Shown here piece by piece: positions 51,582 to 61,298 of a DNA stretch of 64,000 nt; position 1 is the first letter of the stretch, and each line of letters begins with the position of its first letter. This DNA is from an uncultured Candidatus Binatia bacterium. Lineage in GTDB: Bacteria; Desulfobacterota; Binatia; UBA9968; CAXXLF01. The notes under the pieces are model-generated. The model saw only the letters and a list, made by a program, of their open reading frames with translations. It ran no database searches and was not told where the DNA came from. A program made the translations under genes and the position numbers. The stretch spans positions 3,232,001 to 3,296,000 of the forward strand of contig OZ244621.1 of assembly GCA_965218425.1 (NCBI GenBank), given 5' to 3'.

Positions 51582-52238
51582 TCACCTCCTGCAACACTCC
51601 TTTTCGCGAATACAGCGACAGCATAGAATCGCAATATTAGCGCCAATAAGCGGAGCCAGGACATAGATCCATACTAGTGTGATATTGCCGCTGACGATCG
51701 CGGGAGCCAAAGAACGAGCAGGATTCATGGACGCCCCGGAAACAGGTCCGGCGAAGAGGGCCTCCAGCCCAACCACGGCTCCTATGGCCACTCCGGCTAC
51801 AATTCCCTTTTCCTTGGCACCGGTAGCTACATTGATAATGGTGAGCATTAGAATAAAGGTTAAAATAATCTCCAAGACAAAGGACTGTGTCCATGAGCCC
51901 GACGGTAGCGTGGCACCGAGAGTTTGGTGGTCTGAAAATAACAGATAAACCATTAAACTTGCGGTAACGGCTCCTAATATTTGGCTCATTATGTAAAAAG
52001 ATGAATCCCTTCCGGAAATACGACCGGCTTGCCAGAATGCGACGGTGACCGCTGGGTTGATGTGCGCACCTGAAATATCCCCGACGGTGTAAATCATGGC
52101 AGCCACCACAAGGCCGAAAACCATTGCAATGCCAACATGAGTGATCACTCCGCCGCTAGTGTCGTTAATCACGATTGCAGAGGTGCCTGCAAAGACCAGG
52201 ACAAACGTGCCGATGAATTCTGCAAAAGGTTTTTTCAC
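51582..52238 (-). CDS. Aquaporin/MIP channel (NIP/AqpS-like)
   Basis: SGAHINPAVT and GASMNPARS NPA boxes; Cys-rich C-terminus. Confidence 0.93.
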   Translation of the reverse strand: MKKPFAEFIGTFVLVFAGTSAIVINDTSGGVITHVGIAMVFGLVVAAMIYTVGDISGAHINPAVTVAFWQAGRISGRDSSFYIMSQILGAVTASLMVYLLFSDHQTLGATLPSGSWTQSFVLEIILTFILMLTIINVATGAKEKGIVAGVAIGAVVGLEALFAGPVSGASMNPARSLAPAIVSGNITLVWIYVLAPLIGANIAILCCRCIREKECCRR

Positions 52239-52306
52239 AATCTATTCCTTATGGTCTCTTAATTATTTTACTCAAGACACATCGCGCCAAAAATCATCGG
52301 TGCTGA

Positions 52307-52543
52307 TTAGGTTTTCTTCTTTATCCCACCTTCTGTGAGCACACCGTACCCGGATTTGAATTTTTGGAAGATTCTTTCAACTTCTTTTAGTTTTGTAATG
52401 CCTTCAAGGTTCTCCAACAAGATTGTCAGCAAGTAATTATTGCCGTATCCATGCTTCTTTTTCAATGCCCTGAGATTACTGTAGGTTTTATTGGACAATG
52501 CCACGTTAAAACGTTTTAGCAAAGGGTATCGTTTTGCACTCAT
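52307..52543 (-). CDS. Small basic hypothetical protein (possibly ribbon-helix-helix)
   Basis: KRFNVALSNKTYSNLRALKKKHG pattern; AT-rich. Confidence 0.5.
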   Translation of the reverse strand: MSAKRYPLLKRFNVALSNKTYSNLRALKKKHGYGNNYLLTILLENLEGITKLKEVERIFQKFKSGYGVLTEGGIKKKT

Positions 52544-52987
52544 CTTGATTGATGATTCGTTCCTGTTGTACTTGATAATTGTGGATTCAAATTTACCGCG
52601 AGTTCAATGGCTTAACAAGTGATCAACCCTAATGATGTGACCCCAAGGAAGTCGTAGCACATTGCGCAATGTAATAAGCCTGAATCGGTGCAATTCCTGT
52701 GTTGTTTGTTGTGTCTCGCCCTGAAATCGACTCTCCTTGACAGTCGGTTTCCATATGATATGGGTTTTTTCGAAGAGCTTCCCCCCAGATGTGACGTTGT
52801 AGAAATGAAAGTGAGGCCAAGTAGCGGAACTTAGAGGTTTCTTGGGGGGGAGGATGAGGAAATTCCAGCCAGTGCCCTTTTGCCATGTGTCAATGGGTGT
52901 GCTGGCTTCATTGTTTCTAGCCCCTTACGGGTGACAACCCTAAGAGGTATGGGTGAGCTGATCCAATTCCAGAGGAGGAAAACCAGG

Positions 52988-54199
52988 ATGCGTAGAAAGA
53001 ATCGTTATGGATTAGTAACGCAAATGAGAAACCCTTTCAGCTTCGTCGACCCGATGGTCTTTTTCTTGACGGTACTGTTAGTCATGGCCATGGCAAGTTT
53101 GTCCGGTGCCGATACGTGGGACGAGACACTGGCGAAGGCCAAAAAGGAAGATAAACTCGTGGCCGCCCTGGGCGGCTCGGCCTCCCGCAACTACCGCCCG
53201 GTTTTCAAATATTTCGAAAACAAATTCGGTATAAAGACAGTGGTCTCCACGGGTGGCGGAACGAGACAAGCGGACCGGCTCTTTGCGGAGAGGGGGGCTG
53301 GCAAGTACAAGGTGGATATCTTCATGGTGGGCCCCACCACCGGGAATAGACGGATCATTGCTAACGGTGCGGCGGATCCCATCAAGCCGTTGTTGTTTCT
53401 CCCCGACGTCATAGACCAGTCCCTGTGGTATCAGGGCAAGCACCACTACAGCGACCCTGAAGAGAGGTATATCTTTGCCCTCTCGGCCAACGCCGAGTTT
53501 TCGCCCGTCTCAATGCACTTCAATACGAACAAACTGTCAATCAAGGAGGCTAAGAAGATCGACTCCGTGTGGAAGTTCTTGGACAAGCGGTTCGCCGGCA
53601 AGATCGTCGCCGTACCGCCCACGACGGGCGGCTCGGCCGTAACCTATCTCGTAGCCCAGGTCCACCCGGATTTGGGGGAGAAGTTCCTACGGCGCATGTT
53701 TGACCCGGAGTTGAACGTCCAGTTCCTTTTGGATTTTCGCCAGCTTGCCGACGGCGTTGCCAAGGGAAAGTATACTATGGCGATCTTCGCGGGCTCCGCC
53801 GGACGAGACATTGACAGGCTCGGCAGGCGAGGTTTACCCGTGGCGAACTTTGGACGGCTCCTGGACAAGCCGATTAAGGAACGTCTCCTCCTCCAGGGGA
53901 CCGGTTCAGGCAATAACCTTATGGTGCTCAACCGGCGCCCGCACCCGTACGCAACGAAGCTTTTTGTTAACTGGTTTCTCTCCAAGGAGGGCCAGACCAT
54001 CATGCACACAAAGAGTGATCGACAGCCCGACCAGTCGTTCCGTAACGACATAACGGATATGGGCAAGGTGAATAAGGACGAGATACGAAGGCCGGACATT
54101 GATTACATCACCTTGGCGCATGACCCTGGAGTTGCAAAAATACAGACCCGGTTACTGAAGAAGGCGGAGAAACTTTACCTGCAGAGTCGGAAGAAATAG
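52988..54199 (+). CDS. Extracellular solute-binding protein, paralog of 49730..50941
   Basis: Same 1212-nt length; long identical blocks such as LADGVAKGKYTMAIFAGSAGRDIDRLGRRGLPVAN. Confidence 0.87.
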   Translation: MRRKNRYGLVTQMRNPFSFVDPMVFFLTVLLVMAMASLSGADTWDETLAKAKKEDKLVAALGGSASRNYRPVFKYFENKFGIKTVVSTGGGTRQADRLFAERGAGKYKVDIFMVGPTTGNRRIIANGAADPIKPLLFLPDVIDQSLWYQGKHHYSDPEERYIFALSANAEFSPVSMHFNTNKLSIKEAKKIDSVWKFLDKRFAGKIVAVPPTTGGSAVTYLVAQVHPDLGEKFLRRMFDPELNVQFLLDFRQLADGVAKGKYTMAIFAGSAGRDIDRLGRRGLPVANFGRLLDKPIKERLLLQGTGSGNNLMVLNRRPHPYATKLFVNWFLSKEGQTIMHTKSDRQPDQSFRNDITDMGKVNKDEIRRPDIDYITLAHDPGVAKIQTRLLKKAEKLYLQSRKK

Positions 54200-54295
54200 A
54201 GCATCAAGTACTTGATCCCTTTATCAAGTACGAATTTAGCAAACTTTATCGCCGACCTCGGTATTGCGTATTCACGCTGATGTTGACTTGATACT

Positions 54296-55045
54296 CTAGT
54301 CTAGAACTGTAACACTGTCCCCGCGTTTAATTTCGCCTGGCGCGAGGACTTCCGCATATACGCCGAAATGCAGATCCGCCTCTTGCGAAAGGAACTCCAA
54401 TATTTTGGAATTGTAGGGTAAATCCGCCTGTTCAGAGGCCACCATTCCACACCGCTCTGTTGACTCGCAAACTCGCAGCCTGACTGCCTCGCCAATGGCC
54501 AGTATCTTCCCAAGCCAACTTCGTTCGACTTGCGTTACTCCAGGCAGATCAATTAGGAGGTTGGGACGGAACCGACGTTCGTCGATTGAAACATTAAGTA
54601 ACCCAGCCTGCAACCACGCGAGGGACGCAGTCGTCAATAAATGTACTGGACCGGCGTCCAAGTGCGAGGTGGCAGCCTCCGGCGCGAGTGTGACCGGCTG
54701 TCCTAGAGCTCTGGACAGGGCAGTGTGAACCTCAGAATTGTCTCCCCTCAAAATCCGGCCGTCCGGGAAGAAGATGATTGGCACATTGCCCTCATAGACC
54801 GCCTGGAATCCGAGTAACCCGTCGATGCAGAGAAAACGGTTCGTGGTCTTGCCGCTCCCGAATTTCCCATTGATATCCCGTAGTGCAAAGAGTCGGTCAC
54901 TTTCAACACCACGGGTGTTAACAGTAATGGACTCGCACTGCTCACCTCGCAATGATTTCACGGGGTAGCGCCACAGCTGTGCCACGATTCCTGCCGGGTA
55001 CGTGCCATGTTTTCCTAGTTGCGAGTTGGTCGGCAGGTTTTGCAT
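54296..55045 (-). CDS. MOSC domain protein
   Basis: LWRYPVKS, DRLFA, RRFRPNL, RC, FGVYAEV. Confidence 0.88.
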   Translation of the reverse strand: MQNLPTNSQLGKHGTYPAGIVAQLWRYPVKSLRGEQCESITVNTRGVESDRLFALRDINGKFGSGKTTNRFLCIDGLLGFQAVYEGNVPIIFFPDGRILRGDNSEVHTALSRALGQPVTLAPEAATSHLDAGPVHLLTTASLAWLQAGLLNVSIDERRFRPNLLIDLPGVTQVERSWLGKILAIGEAVRLRVCESTERCGMVASEQADLPYNSKILEFLSQEADLHFGVYAEVLAPGEIKRGDSVTVLD

Positions 55046-55192
55046 GGCCGCACCTTCAAGACGAGACGAAGAATTTCCGTCTCACAGCCCAGCATTGACC
55101 GATGGGGGAATCTGCTTTTTCCACAGATCCAGCAGCTCCAGAATTGTGCAGCCGTGCATTCGAAGCTTCCACGAGAGAATCATCCAGATAGA

Positions 55193-55528
55193 TTAGGATC
55201 TGGGCTCCTCCTTGACATGCGCATGAGCGGAAGCTAAGGACTCTTCTTGAAAGACTACGCTGTCTATTAAACCGACGCCTTCGAGTTGTTCCGAATACGG
55301 CTCGGGATCGAGGGCGAAAAAGTCTGTGAAGGTGGCATAAGCAGGCCGTGTGATCATCGAATACCCTTTCAACGAAAGGCGGTTCTTGAGCATGCGGTGG
55401 ACGACGATCACATCGAAGCCGAATAGCTTCTCGAAGCCCTGTATCGGCTCGATTGACACTTCCCCAAAATGGAGTACTTGTTTGAGACGCAGATTGCCAA
55501 TGGTGGTACAGGCCTCGCAAACGCACGC
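55193..55528 (-). pseudogene. C-terminal fragment of a DUF2652 protein
   Basis: ACVCEACTTIGNLRLKQVLHFGEV...KLFGFDVIVVHRMLKN; N-terminal half missing. Confidence 0.75.
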
Positions 55529-55817
55529 GGGAAGTCTCGTTCATCTGGTACCGCCAATCTTTAACACACCGCCACCGGTGAATCCATGTAAATTGTTGAA
55601 ATTAATGTTTAAAGATCTCTAGCTCCAGAGATCTAAAAACCACTTATCCAGCCACAGGTAGGAGCTACGCTGCTGAGGCGGGAATTGAATTGGGAGCACA
55701 ACATTCACAAAATCCATTACCCTCGCTAAAGAGCCCCCTTGAAATTCGAGGAAAAAATGTCGTATAAAAGCCGGCTTGCCTATCACGGAGGTCTCTGGCG
55801 GTTAAAAAGGAGGTTTT

Positions 55818-56078
55818 ATGCGAAATCAGGGTTCTCTCATGTCCTTGTTGCTCGGCGCTGTGTTAATGTCATCCGTATTTTTATTTATGGGCGCCAGTAA
55901 AGGGAATTTCGACGGAAGGTATCAGCTGACCGTAACACGGGATGGACTGTACGTGATTGACAGCAGGACCGGTCAAATTAAAGTGATTAAAACCCTTCAA
56001 ACGAAGTGGGAATCGGGCACCACAGTACTGGATTGGAAGACAAATTACACCGAGCTGAAAAGCTACAAAGAAAAATAA
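55818..56078 (+). CDS. Small exported hypothetical protein
   Basis: AAGGAGG RBS, signal-like N-terminus, GRYQL...VIDSRTG. Confidence 0.7.
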   Translation: MRNQGSLMSLLLGAVLMSSVFLFMGASKGNFDGRYQLTVTRDGLYVIDSRTGQIKVIKTLQTKWESGTTVLDWKTNYTELKSYKEK

Positions 56079-56140
56079 TCCATGCCTGAGTATCAGGGTG
56101 TTTTTTAGCGTAAGTGGCGTTACAACAGAGAAGCGATGGG

Positions 56141-57292
56141 CTATGAACCCCAAAGTTTTCGTGTGGCCAGACGAGCACCCTCCGCCATGGCCTCAAACTT
56201 CGCCCAAGCGATCTTGGGATGACCTACCCTTGTACCTAAGCCGCAATCGGTGCCGGCGATGACATTCTCGCGACCCACCACATTAGCAAATCGTACCAAT
56301 CGCTGCGCTACCAGCTCTGGATGCTCCACCATGTTGTGTATGTGGCTGACAACACCGGGAATGAGCAACTTTCCCTCGGGAAGCTTCACATTTTTCCACA
56401 CCTGCCACTCGTGTTCATGGCGTGGATTTGCGGCTTCAAGGGAATAGGCCTCCACAGGGATTTTCAAGATAAGATCCACGATGTCGCGAAGGGGGACGTC
56501 GTATTTGTGGGGACCGTGGTAACTGCCCCAGCATACATGTAAACGTACCCTCTCCGGCGGGATTCCTCGCAGCGCATGGATAATCGCATCCACCCGAAGA
56601 GCGGCGTATTTACGATACTCAGCCAGATCCATATGAGGATGCATCTGCCACGCATCCGGTAAGTCCGGGTCGTCAATCTGAAGGATAAACCCGCCGTCCA
56701 CTATGGCCTTGTATTCTTCGTGCATCGCGTCCGCAATGGCCAAGAGAAAGGCCTCGTCGTTGGGGTAATAGTCGTTTTTTAACCAATGCTCCATGGTGCC
56801 AGGCGCCACCGCGGGCAAAAAGGCCTCCTCAACGTTGACCCCCTGGAGCGCTATTTTAAGGTTTTCCGTATCCGATTGGATGGCGGCCTGCCCGATATAC
56901 TCAAGCGGCGCATTGCAGTAAAAGACCCTTGTGTGTAGCCCCCGGCTGGCTTTACCCAGATCAAAAAACTCCGGAAAGTCTTTGATATCGCGCCCAAAGA
57001 TCATTGTCGGTTGAAAATCGGGTTTCGGGGCCTGTTCAATAAAGCCTCTCAGACGCTCTCGAGTATAGCGTGAGAAATTTGTCTTTCCAAACTCGCCGTC
57101 GTTAACGATATCGATGCCGCAGTTCACTTGCTCCTTTACTACTTGAGCGACAGCGCTCCGGAGACGCTTGGCATAGGCCTCTTGATCGTAGCTTTGCCCT
57201 TCAAGCTTCGCGTTTAGCATATTCAACAAGTCATCCGGTCTGGCGAGGCTTCCTACGTGGGTGACGAGTATTCGGTCGGTGCTTCGCTTCAT
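56141..57292 (-). CDS. Cobalamin-independent methionine synthase II (MetE C-terminal-like) family
   Basis: THVGSL.RP, NDGEFGK, LQIDDP, HVCWG, EAANPRH, GTDCG. Confidence 0.92.
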   Translation of the reverse strand: MKRSTDRILVTHVGSLARPDDLLNMLNAKLEGQSYDQEAYAKRLRSAVAQVVKEQVNCGIDIVNDGEFGKTNFSRYTRERLRGFIEQAPKPDFQPTMIFGRDIKDFPEFFDLGKASRGLHTRVFYCNAPLEYIGQAAIQSDTENLKIALQGVNVEEAFLPAVAPGTMEHWLKNDYYPNDEAFLLAIADAMHEEYKAIVDGGFILQIDDPDLPDAWQMHPHMDLAEYRKYAALRVDAIIHALRGIPPERVRLHVCWGSYHGPHKYDVPLRDIVDLILKIPVEAYSLEAANPRHEHEWQVWKNVKLPEGKLLIPGVVSHIHNMVEHPELVAQRLVRFANVVGRENVIAGTDCGLGTRVGHPKIAWAKFEAMAEGARLATRKLWGS

Positions 57293-57371
57293 CGCAACCT
57301 TACATCCCGTAACGTTGCAAGGTTAGGTATGGATTTGTAGAGCAATGGAAACTGATTTGATCTTGAAGTCA

Positions 57372-58019
57372 CTACCAGGGTCCCTTTCCCATGGCCCATC
57401 GGTCTAGACTGGCGAGGTACTCGCGAAAGAGTACCATACGCATGGCCACGGCCCGGCGTGCCACGTCCTGCTTTTCAGGTTCCGTTGCGTAGCGCTTCAG
57501 GATTTGCTGGGGAATACTGCCGTGACCCTCTTCATCGCCGGTGATCCGTCGATAGGGTTGTTTGATCCAATCCGGCACGGACTGGTCTCGAAGGGACATT
57601 TGCGTCAGATAGGCTGCAACCGATTCTCCCGCCAGGGAGAACCCGGTAATTCGCTGGCAGGTATTCGTTAGTCCCTCCAGTGCGTTGAACATCGCCGTTT
57701 GGGCGGGGAGTGGCCGGTAGTCGAATGGCTCGTGTCCCAGGCCCGAGATTCGATCCGCCAGAAGCTCTGCATGGACCATTTCCTCGTGAGCCGATTTCGC
57801 CAGCAGGGCCTTAATCTCAAACTCCGGTGTTGTTCTTAGCCAGGTACCAAAGAGGTCGGCCGCGCGGAGCTCGTTGAATAATCGACTCTTCATCACGCGA
57901 ATCCGCTCTTCGTCAGTTTTCAGAGGAATGTAACAGTAGGCAGGTGGTTGGGCGTCTAGCGTTCGGCAAAAGTCTCTTACAATGCCCAGTAATTCTTGTA
58001 CGAATTCTTGGCTCTCCAT
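57372..58019 (-). CDS. Ferritin-like diiron-carboxylate protein
   Basis: NE..A, EEMVH, AGE, DEEGH ligand pattern; ATG 58019 after GGGAG. Confidence 0.75.
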   Translation of the reverse strand: MESQEFVQELLGIVRDFCRTLDAQPPAYCYIPLKTDEERIRVMKSRLFNELRAADLFGTWLRTTPEFEIKALLAKSAHEEMVHAELLADRISGLGHEPFDYRPLPAQTAMFNALEGLTNTCQRITGFSLAGESVAAYLTQMSLRDQSVPDWIKQPYRRITGDEEGHGSIPQQILKRYATEPEKQDVARRAVAMRMVLFREYLASLDRWAMGKGPW

Positions 58020-58323
58020 TACAAATCTCCCGTTATTCGACACTGTGACAAGAGTTCTCTCCCTATCACACGAGAAAAAGGTGTCAAGGTTGCGGTTGAA
58101 AAAGCCAAATCAGAATTCATCCAGGGTTCCGAAACTTTCTGATGGCTGGCCCCCGTTGCAAACCGGGTGCTCCCCGGTGAACGCGGGTAATCGGGAGTGA
58201 GGTTGGCCGACCTAAATGAAAATTTTACCGAGTTAGATTGCTAAAAGATAATTCTAGCCGGTTCAGGGAAGCGTGATCTTGCACCGAAGGAACCCGTAGA
58301 GGGTTCCCTGATGGTAGGTTATC

Positions 58324-60006
58324 CTAGCCGACCAGCTTCCCGTTGGATTTGATATACTGCGCAGTGCGGTACGCAAGGGCACTCACTGTGGGCGTGGCGG
58401 CATAGCCAGTCATGGTGGGAAACACCGCAGAGCCCACCACAAAGAGATTTTCCACGTCGTGAGTCTGGCAGTAGCCATTGACCACCGACTTTTTCGGATC
58501 ATCGCCCATGCGTGTTCCGCCGGCCCAACGGCTGCCACGGTTACTTGGTTTTGTCCAAACATGGCTCGCGCCTGCCTCCCGCATGATTCCTTCCGACTTT
58601 TCACCGATGTAGCGCCACACGCGGTGCTCGTTGTGGTGGAAGTCGAAGGTAACACGGGGCAGTGGAACTCCCCAGGCGTCTTTTCGCACCGGGTCCAGGT
58701 CCACAAAGTTGTCCTTATGGGCGAGGGTCTCGGGGTGTATGCTTACATCGAAGCCCCGGGTGTAGTAGCGAGCGAGATTTTCTTTGTACTTTTCCCCCCA
58801 ACGGGGCCAACCCGGTGGAATGACATCGCATCGCTCGATGGGTGCACCGCCGCCACTGGTTCCGATTGTGCCTCCGCGGATAAATCCCAGGCCGGCATGG
58901 TCGAAGTTATTGCCGTTGAAGTCATCCAATCGCATGCCGCCGTTGGGGCCAATAAATCCGTTGATAATGGTATCGTCAAATAGACCCGTGGTACGGACAT
59001 CCCCATGGGCCATAATACAACGGCCCAACATCCCGCTGGAATTAGCGAGGCCCTTTTTCCCCTCTCCCGAGAGCAGCAGTAACCGGATGTTTTCGTAGAG
59101 AAAGCCTGCCAGGATAATCACCTTGGCGGATTGTTCCACCACTTTACCGTCTGGGTCGAAATAGGAAACGCTATTGGCCCGTCCATTGGGGCCGGAGTTG
59201 ACCCGAAAGACCTTGCATCGTGTGCGCAGGTCCAGGTTCCCTGTTTCCAGCGCAGCCGGGATCACGGTGAAAGGCGAGGAAGTCTTGGCATGCACATGGC
59301 AGCCGTAGTTGTTGCAATGACCGCAATAAACGCACCCTTGGCGCTCGGGTATACGTTGATCGTATGGCGCTGGAGGTTTGTAGGGCTGCGACAGGATGCC
59401 CTGGGGGGTCTGGTAGGCATGGTATCCGAGACGCTTGCAGGCGTCGCCGAATAGTTGCGTACGGGTACTCGGACGCAATGGAGGCAAGGGGTAGCCTTTT
59501 TTGCGAGGGCCTTCGAAAGGATTGGCGCCGGAATTACCCGAAACACCCATTTCCCACTCAAAACGTTCATAATAGGGCTCAAGGTCGTCGTAGGTGATGG
59601 GCCAATCGGCGATATTGTAACCTTTCAGGTCAGCGCCGGCTCGTTTGGCAACCCCTCCGCGTACGTCGTTGCTATAGACTTTGAAGTCGTCCGGCATAAA
59701 TCGTGTTGCACTACCTGTCCAGATCATCAGTCCGCCACCAACACTGTTACTCGGAGAGGTGGTGTATTGGAGCCTTGTCTTGGCGCCACGCTCAGGCCGG
59801 ATGCTGATGGGTTCGTGCTTGACCTTTTCCTCGAGTTGTCGTCTGGCAATGGCACGTATGGAGTCCTTGTAAGCGTAGTCCTCGAACTCGAGAAGCGGGC
59901 CCCGCTCGAGCCCTGCCACTTTCAGTCCGGCGGACGCGAGCTCCTTTGCCATGATGCCGCCCACCGCACCCATGCCCACGATGCAAACGTCAACGGGATT
60001 TGGCAT
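58324..60006 (-). CDS. GMC flavoprotein, gluconate 2-dehydrogenase alpha-like
   Basis: VGMGAVG, YDDLEPYY, CVYCGHC...GC, GGTRMG; GAGGAGGAG RBS before ATG 60006. Confidence 0.88.
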   Translation of the reverse strand: MPNPVDVCIVGMGAVGGIMAKELASAGLKVAGLERGPLLEFEDYAYKDSIRAIARRQLEEKVKHEPISIRPERGAKTRLQYTTSPSNSVGGGLMIWTGSATRFMPDDFKVYSNDVRGGVAKRAGADLKGYNIADWPITYDDLEPYYERFEWEMGVSGNSGANPFEGPRKKGYPLPPLRPSTRTQLFGDACKRLGYHAYQTPQGILSQPYKPPAPYDQRIPERQGCVYCGHCNNYGCHVHAKTSSPFTVIPAALETGNLDLRTRCKVFRVNSGPNGRANSVSYFDPDGKVVEQSAKVIILAGFLYENIRLLLLSGEGKKGLANSSGMLGRCIMAHGDVRTTGLFDDTIINGFIGPNGGMRLDDFNGNNFDHAGLGFIRGGTIGTSGGGAPIERCDVIPPGWPRWGEKYKENLARYYTRGFDVSIHPETLAHKDNFVDLDPVRKDAWGVPLPRVTFDFHHNEHRVWRYIGEKSEGIMREAGASHVWTKPSNRGSRWAGGTRMGDDPKKSVVNGYCQTHDVENLFVVGSAVFPTMTGYAATPTVSALAYRTAQYIKSNGKLVG

Positions 60007-60523
60007 GCCACTCCTCCTCGGTTGAAAAGGGCCGGTCCACTGCCACTGGCTCAACATCCACGCGCTGGTTGATGTACTGATGGGAATAACCAAATTGATG
60101 ACCGGGGAAGCCCACCAGTCGCCAGCCTACCATATCACGGTTCCCCCCGTATGCAGGCTCGCCGAGGACACCCTCCATGGTGTGGTCCCGAAGCATCTCA
60201 AAGAAGTCAGTGGCTTGTTTGAAGTCGGGGACCTGGTCCGCCTCGAAATCCGCAAGCACTAAGTCCCGGTCAGTTACGGCTATGCGTAGGAAGCCAACGC
60301 CGAATCGGCGTTTTGCGTGGCGATTCAAGGCGCGGCACCCGCTCCGGTAAAGGGAGGCGAGCTCCGGGAACGCTTCACCGAGCAACCGTTGGATGTAATT
60401 AATTACTCCGGCTTCGGTGGCACCAGGAGTTTCAGTGGTGGGAAAAATTCGCGCAGCGGCCGCTTCCACTACGGCCGCGTGCATTTTGATCAATACTGGA
60501 CTCGTATCTCGGTTGTCGCTCAT
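59990..60523 (-). CDS. Gluconate 2-dehydrogenase subunit-3 family protein
   Basis: RIFP..ETPGA.EAGV..YI, HTMEG..GEPAYGGNRDMVGWRLVGFPG. Confidence 0.87.
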   Translation of the reverse strand: MSDNRDTSPVLIKMHAAVVEAAAARIFPTTETPGATEAGVINYIQRLLGEAFPELASLYRSGCRALNRHAKRRFGVGFLRIAVTDRDLVLADFEADQVPDFKQATDFFEMLRDHTMEGVLGEPAYGGNRDMVGWRLVGFPGHQFGYSHQYINQRVDVEPVAVDRPFSTEEEWHAKSR

Positions 60524-60644
60524 AATGGCGCGCAGGATATGCGAAAACGAGGGGGCTGTCAATCGGCCGCTAGGGTTAGATTATTTGATGGCTTGACAGG
60601 TCGGCTGCCGCCGGTATTTTTTACTTTTTGAGAGGTGCATCTTT

Positions 60645-61175
60645 TTATCTGCCTTTCTTTTTCTTGGCGTCAAAATACCCCCACAACAAATTTCGCGAGA
60701 CCCAACCTTCGTCTCCTTCGTCGGTTTGCACCTTGACCCAATCGCCCTGTTTGGCCAGAATTCGAAAAGCCACACCCTTGTCGGCGGTCAGTATGATGGG
60801 GTGACGGGTGCCGGGACCCTGTCGGACATTGGCCCTGGGCACCTTTACTGCGGCAGCAGGCTCCTTGTCCGTCAGCGGACCATAGATCCAATCCTCGAAC
60901 CCTTCAAAGTCCCTCACCTTCAGCCAAGAACCTTTCCGACTGATTACCCGGTAGGGATAATTCTCCGGGACCTTTCCTACTTTATCGAATTTTTTTCCAG
61001 GTCCGGATCGGATATTAGCGGTTTTCACCTTGACTCGCACCATATCCGCCGCCCAGGATAGTCCTTCCAACGAGACCAAACAGATGAGAGTGCTTGCTAT
61101 AAAAACCGCGATCAGGCGACCGTGGCTCAATGAAGCTAGAGTGCGATTTGGGTAAGTTCTATGTTGTCGGTTCAT
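60645..61175 (-). CDS. Exported protein with two bacterial SH3 domains
   Basis: ANIRSGPG...WLKVRDFEG, ANVRQGPG...EGWVSRNLLWG. Confidence 0.88.
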   Translation of the reverse strand: MNRQHRTYPNRTLASLSHGRLIAVFIASTLICLVSLEGLSWAADMVRVKVKTANIRSGPGKKFDKVGKVPENYPYRVISRKGSWLKVRDFEGFEDWIYGPLTDKEPAAAVKVPRANVRQGPGTRHPIILTADKGVAFRILAKQGDWVKVQTDEGDEGWVSRNLLWGYFDAKKKKGR

Positions 61176-61298
61176 ATGGTCAAATCCTTGAGAGATCATA
61201 ACATTAATTTTCATTCTGCAGTAAGAATATATTGTTGTGTTTGGTTCCCTGCCAACCTCATCCGTCTATATGAATTGTTCGATAAAAATCCCATTTTC

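Noticed and set aside
58140..58212. ZTP (pfl) riboswitch on the minus strand (CACCGGGGAGCAC)
   Set aside because: The 5' GACTGGCG and 3' CGCCTGGG elements are missing and the downstream gene is not purine/folate related; needs cmscan to exclude fully
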